In this document: positions 28,405 to 39,484 of the stretch, piece after piece | Numbering within the stretch: position 1 is the first letter of the stretch | Layout: every line of letters begins with the position of its first letter | From: Candidatus Marinacidobacterales bacterium | GTDB taxonomy: Bacteria; Acidobacteriota; Vicinamibacteria; Marinacidobacterales; DATDRI01 | Assembly: GCA_965226495.1 (NCBI GenBank) | Contig: OZ245365.1 | Span: 4,960,001 to 5,024,000, forward strand | DNA length: 64,000 nucleotides | Direction of reading: 5' to 3' | Notes under the pieces: model-generated | Databases searched by the model: none | What the model was told of the DNA's origin: nothing | What the model saw: only the letters and a program-made list of their open reading frames with translations | Position numbers and translations under genes: made by a program

Positions 28405-30597
28405 CTATCGAGTAGGCTTCACAGCACGGAGGGCTTTTAGGATCTGCTCGGGCGTCTGGAAACGCTCTTCGGGATCCTTCTTCAAGCAGCGCATGACGAT
28501 CGACTCGAGAGCGGGCGGTACATCCGGACGAAGGGACTTCAAGCGACGTGGCTTGGTGTGCACATGGTGATAGAGGATCTCACCTTCGACGAAAGGCGGC
28601 TCGCCGGCCAAGAGGTGGAAGACGGAGCCTCCGAAGGCATAGAGATCGGTGCGATAGTCGACGGGCTTTCCAAGAATTTGTTCCGGCGACATATAAAGCG
28701 GTGTCCCACTGGCCCGTTGGCTCCCCTCGTTCTTGGACTCTTGCAAGATCTTTGCGAGGCCGAAGTCGGCGATCTTGACGACGCGTTTTCGTGTCAGCAT
28801 CACGTTGCTCGGCTTGATGTCGCGGTGAACCACGCCGTTCCCGTGCGCATGACTGAGCGCTCTCAAGACTCCGATCATGAAATGCAAGACGGCATTCATG
28901 GGCAGCTGGTCTTCACGTTCCAAGATCCTGTAGTAGGACACTCCCTCCACGAACTCCATAATGATGTAAAGGCGACCACGATCGATGCCGAGATCGTGTA
29001 TGGCTACGATGTTAGGATGAGACAACTTGGCAGCGGAACGCGCCTCGCGAAGGAATCGCTCACGGATTTCCTCGACCTCCATGAACTGTTCCATCAACAT
29101 CTTGTAGGCCACCGTGCGGTCTAGTAGACGGTCGTGCGCGCGATAGACGATCCCCATTCCGCCCGCACCCAGTTTCTCGAGGAACTCGTAGCGCTCCCCT
29201 CCGCCTATCTCGGTGTCGAGAACCGTCTCCACGGACTCGGGGGCGGCCTTTGGCCCTGTTGACACTTTCTTTTCCAACTCTTGAAGTCTTCCAACTGCGT
29301 CCCGATAGTCATAGTCCTCGGCGACGATGTTACGAAGGATCTCGCATGCCTCGTCGATGTCGCCCATCTCCTGGGAGGCCTCAGCCAGCGCGAAGTAAGC
29401 GTCCATGTTTCCGGAATAGAGCGGTTGGTTTCCGAGCGCTTTCCGAAGCTTCTGGACCGCTACGCCCGGCAGCCCGCGTTCCATTAGATGCTCCGCAAGC
29501 TCTACCAAGGACGCCGAATACTCCGAACTGTCGGGCCTCACCTTCTGCAGATGCGCGATGGCCTGATCGACCATCCCGGCCTTCTTTGCCGCGACGGCAG
29601 CCCGATAATAGTGACCCGCCTCGCCAAACATTCGGGCCGCTTGGCCCATGTCTCCTGCCTTCTCGTAAAGAGCCGCGGATTGTTCATAGTCTTGGCACCG
29701 GCCGAACATCTCAGCGGCTCGCGCCAACTCGCCGATCCGTTGGTAGGCCTCGGCCGCCTGTCGGTGCGCCCCCGAGTGCTCGTAGCACCGAGCCGCGTCC
29801 AGATAGTTGCCGGCTTCTTCGTACACTTCGGCCGCCCGCAACGGATCTCCCCCGAGCAAAAACTCCACCGCCGCTTCGTTCTTCTGATCCTGCTTGTAGA
29901 GGGACTCGCCTCGCATTTGAGCAGCGCGCACGCGATCACCGGCCTGCGCGTAGACATCGGCGGCTCTGTCTACTGCGCCGGCACGTTGATAAAGGTCGGC
30001 CGCCTTGACGTAGCGACCGAGCTTCGCATAAAGAGCTCCGGCTTGTTCCCAGTGCTCTCCCCGCTCCAAAATCTCCGCCGCTTGCTCGAGGAGACCCGCT
30101 CGCTCGAAGGCGAGCCCGGCGAGACGGCAATAGCGAACGAACTCGGCGTGGTCGGTCGGGGAGCGGGTCCCGGCTAAGCTCCCAAAACGATCTTCGAGAT
30201 GGTTCCGGTAGTTCTCTGCCGCCCTCTTGTTGTCGCCGGCCTGTGAGCAGACCTCCGCCGCCTTTTCGAAGTGGCCGACCCGCTCGAAAGCGGAGGCCGC
30301 CTCGGTCAAGGCTCCGGCTTTGAGCAACAGGCGCGCCGACTCATAGTTTTGCCCTTGGCTTTGAAAGATCCCCGCGGCATCGCGGAATCGCCCCTGCTCT
30401 TCGAGCGTCTTGGCGGTCTGCTGCCAGTCACCCCCTTGAACGGCGGGGTCGGTAAGAGCAGAGGCCCCTTTGCCGCGGCGGAGTCGGCTGATTATCTTTT
30501 TCTTCCAGCCCGGACCGTCCTGAGACGCAGCCAGCACACCGCAAGCGGATGCCGCCAGTAGGCCGAGGGCGGTCAGACCCGGCTCAATGGCGAGCAT
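28405..30597 (-). CDS. Membrane-anchored TPR-like repeat protein with C-terminal Hanks-type Ser/Thr kinase
   Basis: AAxxY/FExAG repeats; GAGGMG, VAYK, HRDIKPSN, DFG, GTPLYMSPEQ. Confidence 0.9.
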   Translation of the reverse strand: MLAIEPGLTALGLLAASACGVLAASQDGPGWKKKIISRLRRGKGASALTDPAVQGGDWQQTAKTLEEQGRFRDAAGIFQSQGQNYESARLLLKAGALTEAASAFERVGHFEKAAEVCSQAGDNKRAAENYRNHLEDRFGSLAGTRSPTDHAEFVRYCRLAGLAFERAGLLEQAAEILERGEHWEQAGALYAKLGRYVKAADLYQRAGAVDRAADVYAQAGDRVRAAQMRGESLYKQDQKNEAAVEFLLGGDPLRAAEVYEEAGNYLDAARCYEHSGAHRQAAEAYQRIGELARAAEMFGRCQDYEQSAALYEKAGDMGQAARMFGEAGHYYRAAVAAKKAGMVDQAIAHLQKVRPDSSEYSASLVELAEHLMERGLPGVAVQKLRKALGNQPLYSGNMDAYFALAEASQEMGDIDEACEILRNIVAEDYDYRDAVGRLQELEKKVSTGPKAAPESVETVLDTEIGGGERYEFLEKLGAGGMGIVYRAHDRLLDRTVAYKMLMEQFMEVEEIRERFLREARSAAKLSHPNIVAIHDLGIDRGRLYIIMEFVEGVSYYRILEREDQLPMNAVLHFMIGVLRALSHAHGNGVVHRDIKPSNVMLTRKRVVKIADFGLAKILQESKNEGSQRASGTPLYMSPEQILGKPVDYRTDLYAFGGSVFHLLAGEPPFVEGEILYHHVHTKPRRLKSLRPDVPPALESIVMRCLKKDPEERFQTPEQILKALRAVKPTR

Positions 30598-30798
30598 CGA
30601 TATCCTTGCTCACGACCGGCGCAGGATCGTTCGCAGACGACGTCAATTTGGAAAGGGGAAACACTTCCAACCATTATACCGGACGGGTAGCCGTTCCCTC
30701 ACCAGCGTCGCAAAGAAGTCTCGGCCAGCAGAAAAAAGCAATCCAAGTCCTTGATGGTCAACGAATTGGCAAGGGAGAGGCTTTTTGTCTAATGACCA

Positions 30799-30827
30799 TT
30801 GACACTCCCCGTGGCCGCTGCTAGAGT
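30799..30827 (+). promoter_or_regulatory. sigma70-type promoter upstream of the Rhs locus
   Basis: TTGACA (30799-30804), 17-nt spacer, TAGAGT (30822-27). Confidence 0.6.
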
Positions 30828-30927
30828 GCCCTCACCCAACCTGCTGGCCCGACCTCAACGAAGCCTCCCCTTCGAAGCCAGAGCCCAAGAAGTCTGCGAA
30901 CAGAGTGCACGTTCGGAGGAATCGAAC

Positions 30928-33900
30928 ATGGGCAGGAAGGTTTCGCTCTCCGCCCTTCTTGTGTTGGGGCTCACGTTTGCAGGATCATCGTGGGCCGATG
31001 AAGTCTTCGACGCCTGGGGCTTCGTTCAAAACCGCGACTTCTTCAGCCAGCTTCCCTACGAACATATCGATCCCCTGAGCGGGAACCTGCTACTGACGTT
31101 CACCGATCTGGTCTTACCTGGCAACGCGGGCTTCGAACCTCCGGATCCAGCGGACGTACAACAGCAAGATCTACCGAAGCTTTTCCACCTCCGGGGATCA
31201 GCTCGACGAGGATTCCCCTGCCGGCGTGGGCTGGACCATGCACCTGGGCCGCGTGCTCAATCCCGAAGCTCTCGGCGCGGGGCCGGTTATCGAAATGCCC
31301 GATGGCCGGCGCCAGCGAGGCTACACCCATGTGGACGGGAGCGGCCAATTCATAACCAAGGAATACTGGGTCTATGACGCCAACAGCATGCCTCCCGTCC
31401 TGAAGCTCCCCAACGGAGTGACCTACTCTTTCGGACACTTAGCGACACTGCCCGGGCTCGGCAAAGTTCGGTATGTCACCGAAATCTCCGATCCCTTCGG
31501 CAACCGAATCGATGTCGAATACGGGACGAGCTCGAACGCTCCACCTGAGGGGCTCTCGCGCGTCACCCAGTGGCTGAGCGGAAGCGTGAAGCGTGTCGTC
31601 ACCTTCACCTATGACAACGCCACGCGGCGCAGCGTCCGAACTCTTCAGTACTCCTCCGGAGGAACCGCCCGTACTTGGACTTACTCGCATACCACCGCCA
31701 CCTTTGCCGGCGTTCAGTACGGTCTGCTTACCAAAGTGACACCCCCGGTGGGTCCTTCCTGGGAGTATCGATACAACACCAACAAATCTCCCCGGTTCGA
31801 GCTCACGCGACTCACCACTCCGAACGGGGGACAAGTGGACTACTCCTACGACACCATCGAGTTCTTTCGGCCCGGCACGTCGACCGTGGTTCGCTCTCGC
31901 GCCATGGTCCGAAGAGTCACCAGTGGTCGCGACGTCCAGTCGGGAACTTGGGATTTCGACTACGCGCAGGGCAGCTCGAGGAACAAAACCATTTCGACCT
32001 CTTCCTGTAGCAAGATCACGTACACATTCCTAGGTATTGGCAGCGGCTCGCCCCAGCTATCCGCATGGCAAGTCGGGCTCCTGGAGAGCAAGACCCTCTC
32101 GGAAGGATCGCTGGTGCTCGAAGAGGAAGAGCTCGAGTGGGTGCGATCGGTTGCGATCTCGAGCGAAGATGAATCGGTGGGTTTCTACAACGACTCCGAG
32201 ATCTACATCCCCTTGATGGAAAAGCGCACCGTGACGCGTCGCGCCGAGAGGTACGCTACGACGAACAGCTATCGCACGACGGATTTCAATGACTTCGGGC
32301 GACCCTGGAAGATCGTCGAATCCGGAGACCTGACGCGCACAACCACTAGAGTGTTTCAATATGGTTTTGGCCCCTACATTGTCGACCGGGTTGCTTCCGA
32401 GTCGGTTAAGGTCGCGGGCGATAAAACGTTTACGATGAGCCGCGCGTTCGACCTCGGCGACGGTTTCATGAAGTCCGAAACGGTCTATGGAATCAAGACC
32501 ACGTTTACACCAGACAGTTTCGGCAACCTCGCGCGCATAAAGAATGCTAACAACAACACAACCCAGTTCAGCTACTCTCAGGGCGTCCTTAGAAACACGA
32601 CCACTCCCGAATACACCATCACGCGGTCCATCAATTCGGATGGGACCGTCGCATCGGAAACCCAGCGAGGTCTTACGACCCGGTTCGAATACGACCGTCT
32701 TTTCCGAACTACTGAAATAGATCCCCCGGCCGGTAACAATATCGTTACTGCGTATGACAACCAGAACGGCTCGTTTCGGCGGGTGAAGCGGGGTTCCTCG
32801 GTTTTTACTACCGAGCTCGACGGCCTCGGTCGCGTTTCGGGGACATCCAATTCGGTCCAGGTCAAAACGCACGCAGACTGGGATGCCTGTGGTCGGCGGG
32901 TTTATCAAAGCTATCCCTTCACCGGAAACATCAGTATTGGGACCGCCTTCGAATACGACGCGCTCGGTCGACTCAAGAAGAAAACCAATACCGGCCCCAA
33001 TACGACCATGACGTACAGCTATTCGGGCTCGAACGGGATCGACGTCACTATTGAAGATGAAGAGGGGAGGACCACCGTTCAGGATTGGAGCGCCTTCGGC
33101 GACCCGCGAGACGCGAGGCTGGTCAAGCTCACCGACGCCAACGGGGCCGGGTGGCAGTACGTTTACAACACGCTCGGAAGCCAAACTCTCTTGAACCCGC
33201 CGGGATCGGTGCCGAATCGTAGCTGGACGTTCAACTCCAAGAACCAGCTAGTGCAAGAAACTCATCCTGAAAGTGGAACGCTCACGTACTCATACCGCGC
33301 AGCAGGAAACCTCGAATCTCGAACGGACGCCGCCTTCGGCCGCACTAGGTATCACTACGATGGTAATGAACGTCTCATTCTCATCGATCGACCCGGCGGG
33401 TATGGCGACATCGCGATGGATTATGACGATTCGGACAATCGCACGCTCCTTGATAACGGGGACGCGAGAAGCACTTTTACCTATGACGGCGCCAACCGGC
33501 TCGAGCGACGAGACGATGTCATCGGCGGGGAGACGTTCGTAACGCGATATGGATACGACGGGAACGACAACCTCGAGCGAATCGATTACCCCTCGGCACA
33601 AGTCGTTCAATACTCCTACGACAATGAGAACCGGATCACGCTCGTCCACGACGGAAACGCGACGTTCGCCGCCGATTTCGAATACCACGCTTCCGGAGGC
33701 GTGACCTCCTATCGAGCCGGGAACGACGTGACTCACAACTTCACGTATGACGATCGATATCGGGTCGAAGACGTCTACGACAACGGCGGGGTATTGGATC
33801 TACGTTATACGTACGATGACGTGGGGAACGTCACCGACATCGTGGACGGACGCCCAGGGATGAACCAGAGCTACCGGTACGACCAGCTTGACCGCCTCAC

Positions 33901-36088
33901 GACGGCCAATGGTTTTTGGGGAAATGGCAGCTTCACCTATGACCGGCTCGGCAACATGAAAACGAGGACCATCGACGGCTTGCAGTCGACCCATTCCTAC
34001 AACGTCTCGAAGCAGCGACTAACGTCCTCCTCGAATCCCGCCGAGAGCTTCAGTTACGACGCTAACGGAAATCTAATTGGGGATGACGCTGGCGTCTATA
34101 CCTACACGCCGGAAAACATGCTCGAGCGTGCAACCGTCGGGGGTACCGTCACCGACTACGGTTACGACGGGGACAACCTGAGGAAGTTGAAGTCGAGCGA
34201 CGGCAAGGCGCAATTTTTCCTCCACGGTGCCGGCAATCTGCTTCTGAGCGAGTTCGAAATCGGGTGCGAGGGGGACCTCCAGTCGGTGCGAGACTACGTC
34301 TATGCCGGGGCCCGAATGATCGCATCGGTCAACAACAAACTGAGCTCGCCGACGCCGGTCGGGCCGGCCGATAGGATCTCCTCGACGACACCTACCCTTA
34401 AATGGAGCACTGTGCCTGGCGCCACGAGTTACACGCTGGTCGTGGAGAACACAACCGACGGCACGACGCCTATCAACCTCTCGGGGATTGCCGACACTAG
34501 CTACACTCCGACGAGTGCGCTCTTGCCATACAAGAATTACCAATGGCGGGTGAAGTCAGGTGACGGCGCCAACCAAAGCTGCTTCTCCGACAACACGCAT
34601 TTCGAAATTTTCACCGCACTCCTTTCCGTGAGCGTCCCTTCCCATGGCACGACTGTGTACTCTCCTTTCTCGGTATCGGGTTGGGCCATCGACCGGGCGG
34701 CATCGACCGGAACCGGGGTCGATGCGGTGCATGTGTGGGCATTCCCATCGGGTGCGGACGGCAACTTCAGCGTCGGCACTTTCCTTGGGACAGCCACACT
34801 GGGAATCGAGCGGCCCGGGGTGGGTGCTGCGTTTGGAGAGCAGTTCACTCCGTCCGGTTACCGGTTGAACGTCAACACTCCTCTACCTCCGGGCGGCTAT
34901 ACCCTTCGCGTGTATGCCCGCTCTTCCGCGACCGGCACCTTCAACAATTCCCTGACGGTAGACATCACAGTGGCGCCAGCGCTCAGTGCTCCGTTAATGG
35001 TTATCGACCTTCCCCAACCGGGGGCGAGCGTCTCGGTGCCCTTCGCACTAGCAGGGTGGGCCATCGACCAGGCGGCATCGACCGGAACCGGTGTCGATGA
35101 GGTGCACGTGTGGGCGTTTCCGCCAAGTGGGGATGGCATCTTCCTCGGGGCAGCCACACTTGGAGTCGTGCGGCCCGGAGTGGGTGCTGTGTATGGAGAA
35201 CAGTTCACGCCGTCCGGTTACCAGTTGAACGTCACCACTCCTCTACCTCCGGGCGGCTACACGCTTCGGGCGTATGCCCGTTCTACGGTGACGGATACCT
35301 TTAACAATTCCCGGACGGTAGACATCACAGTGGCGCCAGCGCTCAGTGCTCCGTTAATGGTTATCGACCTTCCCCAACCGGGGGCGAGCGTCTCGGTACC
35401 CTTCGTACTGGCAGGGTGGGCCACCGATCAGGCGGCATCGACCGGAACAGGTGTCGATGGGGTGGCGGTATGGGCATTTCCGCAAGGTGAGGACGGCAAC
35501 TTCAGCGAAGGCATCGTCCTTGGGGCAGCCACACTGGGAATCGAGCGGCCCGGGGTGGGTGCTGTCTATGGCGAACAGTTCACTCCGTCCGGTTACCAGT
35601 TGAACGTCACCACTCCTCTACCCCCGGGCAGCTATACCCTTCGCGTGTATGCCCGCTCTTCCGTGACCGGTACCTTTAACAACTCCCAGTCGGTAGACAT
35701 CACGGCGCTCCCGCCCAGTGCTCCGTTAATGGTTATCGACCTTCCCCAACCGGGAGCGGCCGTCTCCGTTCCCTTCCTGCTGGCAGGTTGGGCCTTTGAC
35801 CTGGCGGCATCGACAGGAACCGGTGTCGATGCGGTGCACGCGTGGGCGTTTCCGCCAGGTGGGGACGGCAACTTCAGCGTCGGCATCTTCCTTGGGGCAG
35901 CCACACTGGGAGTCGTGCGGCCCGGAGTGGGTGCTGTATATGGAGAACAGTTCACTCCGTCCGGTTACCAGTTGAACGTCATCACTCCTCTACTTCAAGG
36001 CGGCTACACGCTTCGCGTCTATGCCCGTTCTACAGTGACCGGCACCTTTAATCATTCCCGGGCGGTAGACATTACCGTGACGCCCTAG
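30928..36088 (+). CDS. Sec-signal Rhs/YD-repeat shell protein (about 1719 aa after correcting a frameshift near 31137); lacks the Rhs-associated core and toxin and ends in an Fn3-like domain plus four Ig-like repeats
   Basis: RBS GGAGG; signal MGRKVSL...SSWA; HIDPLSGNL...(D)LRIQRTYNS...GVGW Rhs N-terminal motif spans the frameshift; many YD repeats ending RDYVYAGARMIASV; no DPxG motif in the C-terminal region. Confidence 0.88.
34618..36085 (+). repeat. Four tandem Ig-like domain repeats of about 120-125 aa
   Basis: GWAxD.AASTGTGVD.V.VWAFP...RPGVGA..GEQFTPSGY.LNV...GYTLR.YARS; AGTGCTCCGTTAATGG recurs near 34985, 35345 and 35717. Confidence 0.92.
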
Positions 36089-36130
36089 CCGTCACGGCAC
36101 GAGCGTGGTTTACTAAAGAGGACGAGCATC

Positions 36131-37087
36131 ATGAAGATAGGTCGAGCGACAAGCAAGAAACTACAAGTCCTCCTCGGGTGTTTGCTGCTTGTGCCCGGCC
36201 TCGCCAACGCCCAGCGAATCGAGTACTACCACCTCGACGCCTTGGGCTCAGTACGTGCGGTGACCGACGAGAACGCCGACGTCATCGAACGCCACGACTA
36301 CCTCCCCTACGGCGAAGAGTGGAACCCCGAACCCTCCACCAACTCGCGGAAGTTCACCGGCAAGGAACGGGATGAGGAAACGGGCTTCGATTACTTTGGG
36401 GCGCGGTACTACGAGGCACAGCTTGCCCGGTTTACCACCATCGACCCCGCGCTGACTTTTGAAGAGAACCGCGTCGACCCGCAGAGGTGGAATCGGTACG
36501 CGTATGTTCGGAATAACCCCATGCGGTATGTGGACCCGGATGGCAAGATCCTCGAAACTCCGTGGGACATATTCAACATCACTCTCGGCCTAGCATCTTT
36601 GGGAGCGAATGTAGCGGTAGGGAATGTGGGTGGTGCCGCGGCGGACGCCGTGGGTCTGGCGATCGATGTTGCAGCAGCGGTCGTGCCGGGAGTGCCTGGA
36701 GGTGCCGGCACCGCGATACGAGCGATCCGGGGTGCAGACAAGGTTGCTGACATCACTCGCGCTACTCGGAGAGGTAGGCAGGTTCGAAGTCAGATCCACC
36801 ATGTGGCCACCGACAAATCCATCAAGAGTGGGTTCACTGAACAGTTCAACAGGGTTTTCTCGAGGGCTGGAATGAATCTACAGGACGATGCCAACAAACT
36901 CCTTCTCCAAGGTCATTCCGGCCGCCACTCCCCAAAATACCACCAGTACGTTCTCGGCCGTCTTAAAACAGTTACCGATGGACTGTCTGGAAATAACTAC
37001 ACGCGAGCGCTTAGAAACGAACTCGGATCCATTAGAACGGAGCTGACAAGGAATCCAGATCTGGTGAAGGGCATCGGCCTCGAATGA
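36131..37087 (+). CDS. Stand-alone Rhs-associated core plus AHH-type (HNH/EndoVII) nuclease toxin, with its own signal peptide (cassette 1)
   Basis: Signal peptide ending LANA; YYHLDALGSVR, KFTGKERD, YFGARYY, NRYAYVRNNPMRYVDPDG; tip QIHHVA...N...HSGRHSPKYH. Confidence 0.88.
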   Translation: MKIGRATSKKLQVLLGCLLLVPGLANAQRIEYYHLDALGSVRAVTDENADVIERHDYLPYGEEWNPEPSTNSRKFTGKERDEETGFDYFGARYYEAQLARFTTIDPALTFEENRVDPQRWNRYAYVRNNPMRYVDPDGKILETPWDIFNITLGLASLGANVAVGNVGGAAADAVGLAIDVAAAVVPGVPGGAGTAIRAIRGADKVADITRATRRGRQVRSQIHHVATDKSIKSGFTEQFNRVFSRAGMNLQDDANKLLLQGHSGRHSPKYHQYVLGRLKTVTDGLSGNNYTRALRNELGSIRTELTRNPDLVKGIGLE

Positions 37088-37668
37088 AATGGTTCTGGGT
37101 TGTTGCATGCGACAACACTGTCCCTAAGCCTTTCGTTGCCGATTGTGAAGACCTAAAGAAAGCAGAGGAGTTAGACTTATTGAGAGGCCAACCGATAGAA
37201 CATTGGGATGAAACGGCTTGGTTGAAAGCTTCGAAGCCAGAAAACGACGGCGACCCGGACGACGTACTCCAAGAGCACCTTGGAATACCTGTCTACTCCA
37301 ACCGACTCCGCGTGGCTCTGAACAGTGCTTCTATTACGGGAATCCAATACCTGTCGTTGCAGGTTTTGCGGCCGAATAACTCTCCCTTTGATGGATTCAG
37401 CATTGCGAACATACTCAATTTAGTTGCAGCGCTAGACTTCGAGAATTCAGACTACGACCGCTTTCCCGAGGATTACTTCCTTCCGGAGCGCAGGGGAATG
37501 ATACGGGGAATCCGCAGAGCCACACTACTGAAGTCGGCGCTAGATGGACTCCAGGTCATCCGTCTCAAGGAATACCCACGCAGCATCTACGTGTCAGACG
37601 AATTCAAAGCCGTGTTTGAATCCGGTGCCTTCACCGGCTACTCGTTCCATCAAATTCAACTCTCTTAG
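37084..37668 (+). CDS. Putative immunity protein for toxin 1 (Imm11/DUF1629-like)
   Basis: ATGA overlap with the toxin stop; PVYSNRLR, ANILNLVAALD, IYVSDEFK; visibly lower GC. Confidence 0.7.
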   Translation: MKWFWVVACDNTVPKPFVADCEDLKKAEELDLLRGQPIEHWDETAWLKASKPENDGDPDDVLQEHLGIPVYSNRLRVALNSASITGIQYLSLQVLRPNNSPFDGFSIANILNLVAALDFENSDYDRFPEDYFLPERRGMIRGIRRATLLKSALDGLQVIRLKEYPRSIYVSDEFKAVFESGAFTGYSFHQIQLS

Positions 37669-37906
37669 AACGGAAGGCTACAAGTGGAACCGCCCCCTGT
37701 AAGTTTGAAACGACTACAGTAGAACGAAACTTATCGACGTGTTTCCGCACACCTTTAGGCACGGTGACCTATCTAGGTGTGCCAAAAGGAGACGGCAACG
37801 GTGAACACGAGTCCCAATCTGTCCAAAGTCGTAGAGTGGTCGAAGTAGCTCGAGACCAGCACGAATGATGAGCCACAGGCCTTCCGCACGCCTCGCCGTG
37901 CCACCC

Positions 37907-38242
37907 GTGAGTGTTGAAGATCCGGATACCATCGACTTCGTGGCCCTTGACCCCAGCGGAGAGGTCGTGCTCGTCATGGTGGAAGGCCGCGAGTGGGATG
38001 GTTCGGACGTGCGCCTGTTCGAGCTGCAAGAAAAGATTAACGGTTACGCGTCGTTTGTTCTTGACGGCAAGCTAATTGAGCAGCACCCAGAGCTGTTGGG
38101 CAAGCCTGTCCGGTTAGAGTTGCGGTGCGCTAGACCACCGGACCCGAAGACCGCTGGGTTTTTGGAAATGGTGAGCAGGAAGCTAGAGGAGGAAGGCCTG
38201 ACGCTTCGTGTGCAGCAGATTAGATCCGATCCTTCTGGTTAA
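37907..38242 (+). CDS. DUF6572-like protein, copy 1
   Basis: SVEDPDTID...VVLVMVEGREWDGS...LQEKINGYASFVLDG; near-identical to 39905-40240. Confidence 0.65.
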   Translation: MSVEDPDTIDFVALDPSGEVVLVMVEGREWDGSDVRLFELQEKINGYASFVLDGKLIEQHPELLGKPVRLELRCARPPDPKTAGFLEMVSRKLEEEGLTLRVQQIRSDPSG

Positions 38243-38422
38243 AACGCCGAGAGGCGTCGATCTTCCCCTGGATAAACTCCGCGCCAAACACCTTCTCTGC
38301 ATTCAGCCGATTGTGCGGGCCACAGTGAAGTCGGAGGTACCTCTCGTCGTGGCACCGATACAGCGCATACTGCCGCAGGTGCTCGATCTGGAGTCCCGTT
38401 CTCGGCGGACACCGGGACCGTC
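38220..38422 (-). pseudogene. Duplicated 3' fragment of the HNH endonuclease gene at 40218-41288
   Basis: Matches about 40218-40421 with scattered substitutions, then switches abruptly to Rhs-end sequence. Confidence 0.75.
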
Positions 38423-38430
38423 ACGGCCTC

Positions 38431-39127
38431 GGCGGTAGACATTACCGTGACGCCCTAGCCGTCACGGCACGAGCATGGTTTACTAAAGAGGACGAGCAAC
38501 ATGAAGATAGGTCAAACACTAAACAAGAGATTACACGTTCTCCTCGCGTGTTGGCTGCTCGTGCCCACGCTCGCCAACGCCCAGCGAATCGAGTACTACC
38601 ACCTCGACGCCCTGGGCTCAGTTCGTGCGGTGACCGACGAGAACGCCGACGTCATCGAACGCCACGACTACCTCCCCTACGGTGAGGAGTGGAACCCCGA
38701 GCCTTCGACCAACTCACGGAAGTTCACCGGCAAGGAACGGGATGAGGAAACGGGCTTCGATTACTTTGGGGCGCGGTACTACGAGTCTCAGCTTGCTCGG
38801 TTTACCACTATTGACCCCGCGCTGACTTTTGCAGAAAACCGCGTCGACCCCCAGAGGTGGAATCGGTATGCCTACGTCCGCAATAACCCGCTGCGGTATG
38901 TGGACCCGGATGGGAAGATCCTCGAGACTCCGTGGGACATATTCAACATCACTCTCGGCCTAGCATCTTTGGGAGCGAATGTAGCGGTAGGGAATGTGGG
39001 TGGTGCCGCGGCGGACGCCGTGGGTCTGGCGATCGATGTTGCCGCGGCCATTGCGCCCGGCGTTCCCGGTGGCGCCGGCACTACGCTACGAGCGATCCGG
39101 GGAGCGGATAAAGTCGCTGACCTGACT
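38431..39127 (+). repeat. Second copy of the last codons of the Rhs shell gene, spacer, signal peptide, Rhs core and pre-toxin region (first copy about 36061-36757)
   Basis: GGCGGTAGACATTACCGTGACGCCCTAG at 36061 and 38431, offset 2370 bp; homology ends at the GADKVAD codons. Confidence 0.9.
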
Positions 39128-39484
39128 AAAACCGCCAGGAGAGGCTACCAATGGACTAGGTCCGGCACCCAAGCCACGTCTCAAGGCTTCCGATCGTTCT
39201 CCGCATTCAAACGAGCGGCGGGGCGGGCTGGGCCGGGGAGACAATGGCACCACGTTGTGGAACAAACGCCAAACAATCTCTCTCGGTTTGGCGCGGACAC
39301 AATCCACAACAACTCGAACTTGATCCCCGTTGACATTGAGACCCATAGAAGAATTAGCGGCTTTTTTTCATCAAAGCAGCCGTTCACTCAAGGTTCGACC
39401 GTACGACAATGGCTTGGCACCCGATCGCTAGAGCAACAGACGAAATTCGGACAAGAAGTCTTGGAGCGCTTCGCAAAAAAATGA
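38501..39484 (+). CDS. Stand-alone Rhs-associated core plus a different HNH-like nuclease toxin, with its own signal peptide (cassette 2)
   Basis: Core nearly identical to cassette 1; tip FRSFSAFKR...QWHHVVEQ...IHNNSNL...H..IS. Confidence 0.88.
   Translation: MKIGQTLNKRLHVLLACWLLVPTLANAQRIEYYHLDALGSVRAVTDENADVIERHDYLPYGEEWNPEPSTNSRKFTGKERDEETGFDYFGARYYESQLARFTTIDPALTFAENRVDPQRWNRYAYVRNNPLRYVDPDGKILETPWDIFNITLGLASLGANVAVGNVGGAAADAVGLAIDVAAAIAPGVPGGAGTTLRAIRGADKVADLTKTARRGYQWTRSGTQATSQGFRSFSAFKRAAGRAGPGRQWHHVVEQTPNNLSRFGADTIHNNSNLIPVDIETHRRISGFFSSKQPFTQGSTVRQWLGTRSLEQQTKFGQEVLERFAKK

Noticed and set aside
31130-31145. Frameshift near the 5' end of the Rhs shell gene as programmed frameshifting, phase variation or pseudogenisation
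   Set aside because: It is a single extra base with no slippery run. Similar one-base indels hit unrelated genes near 13240, 57276-57585, 61925 and 63215, which points to assembly error. Raw reads are needed to confirm.
34618-36085. DGR template/variable repeats
   Set aside because: The repeats are in-frame protein domains, the differences are not adenine-specific, and there is no reverse transcriptase in the window.
34330-36131. The Rhs split being an artefact of the same indel errors
   Set aside because: The halves are separated by about 1.75 kb of in-frame extra domains, a stop codon, an RBS and a signal peptide, and the stop-RBS-signal arrangement occurs twice.
37669-37906. Possible degraded orphan immunity gene between immunity gene 1 and the DUF6572-like gene
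   Set aside because: No convincing ORF or motif.
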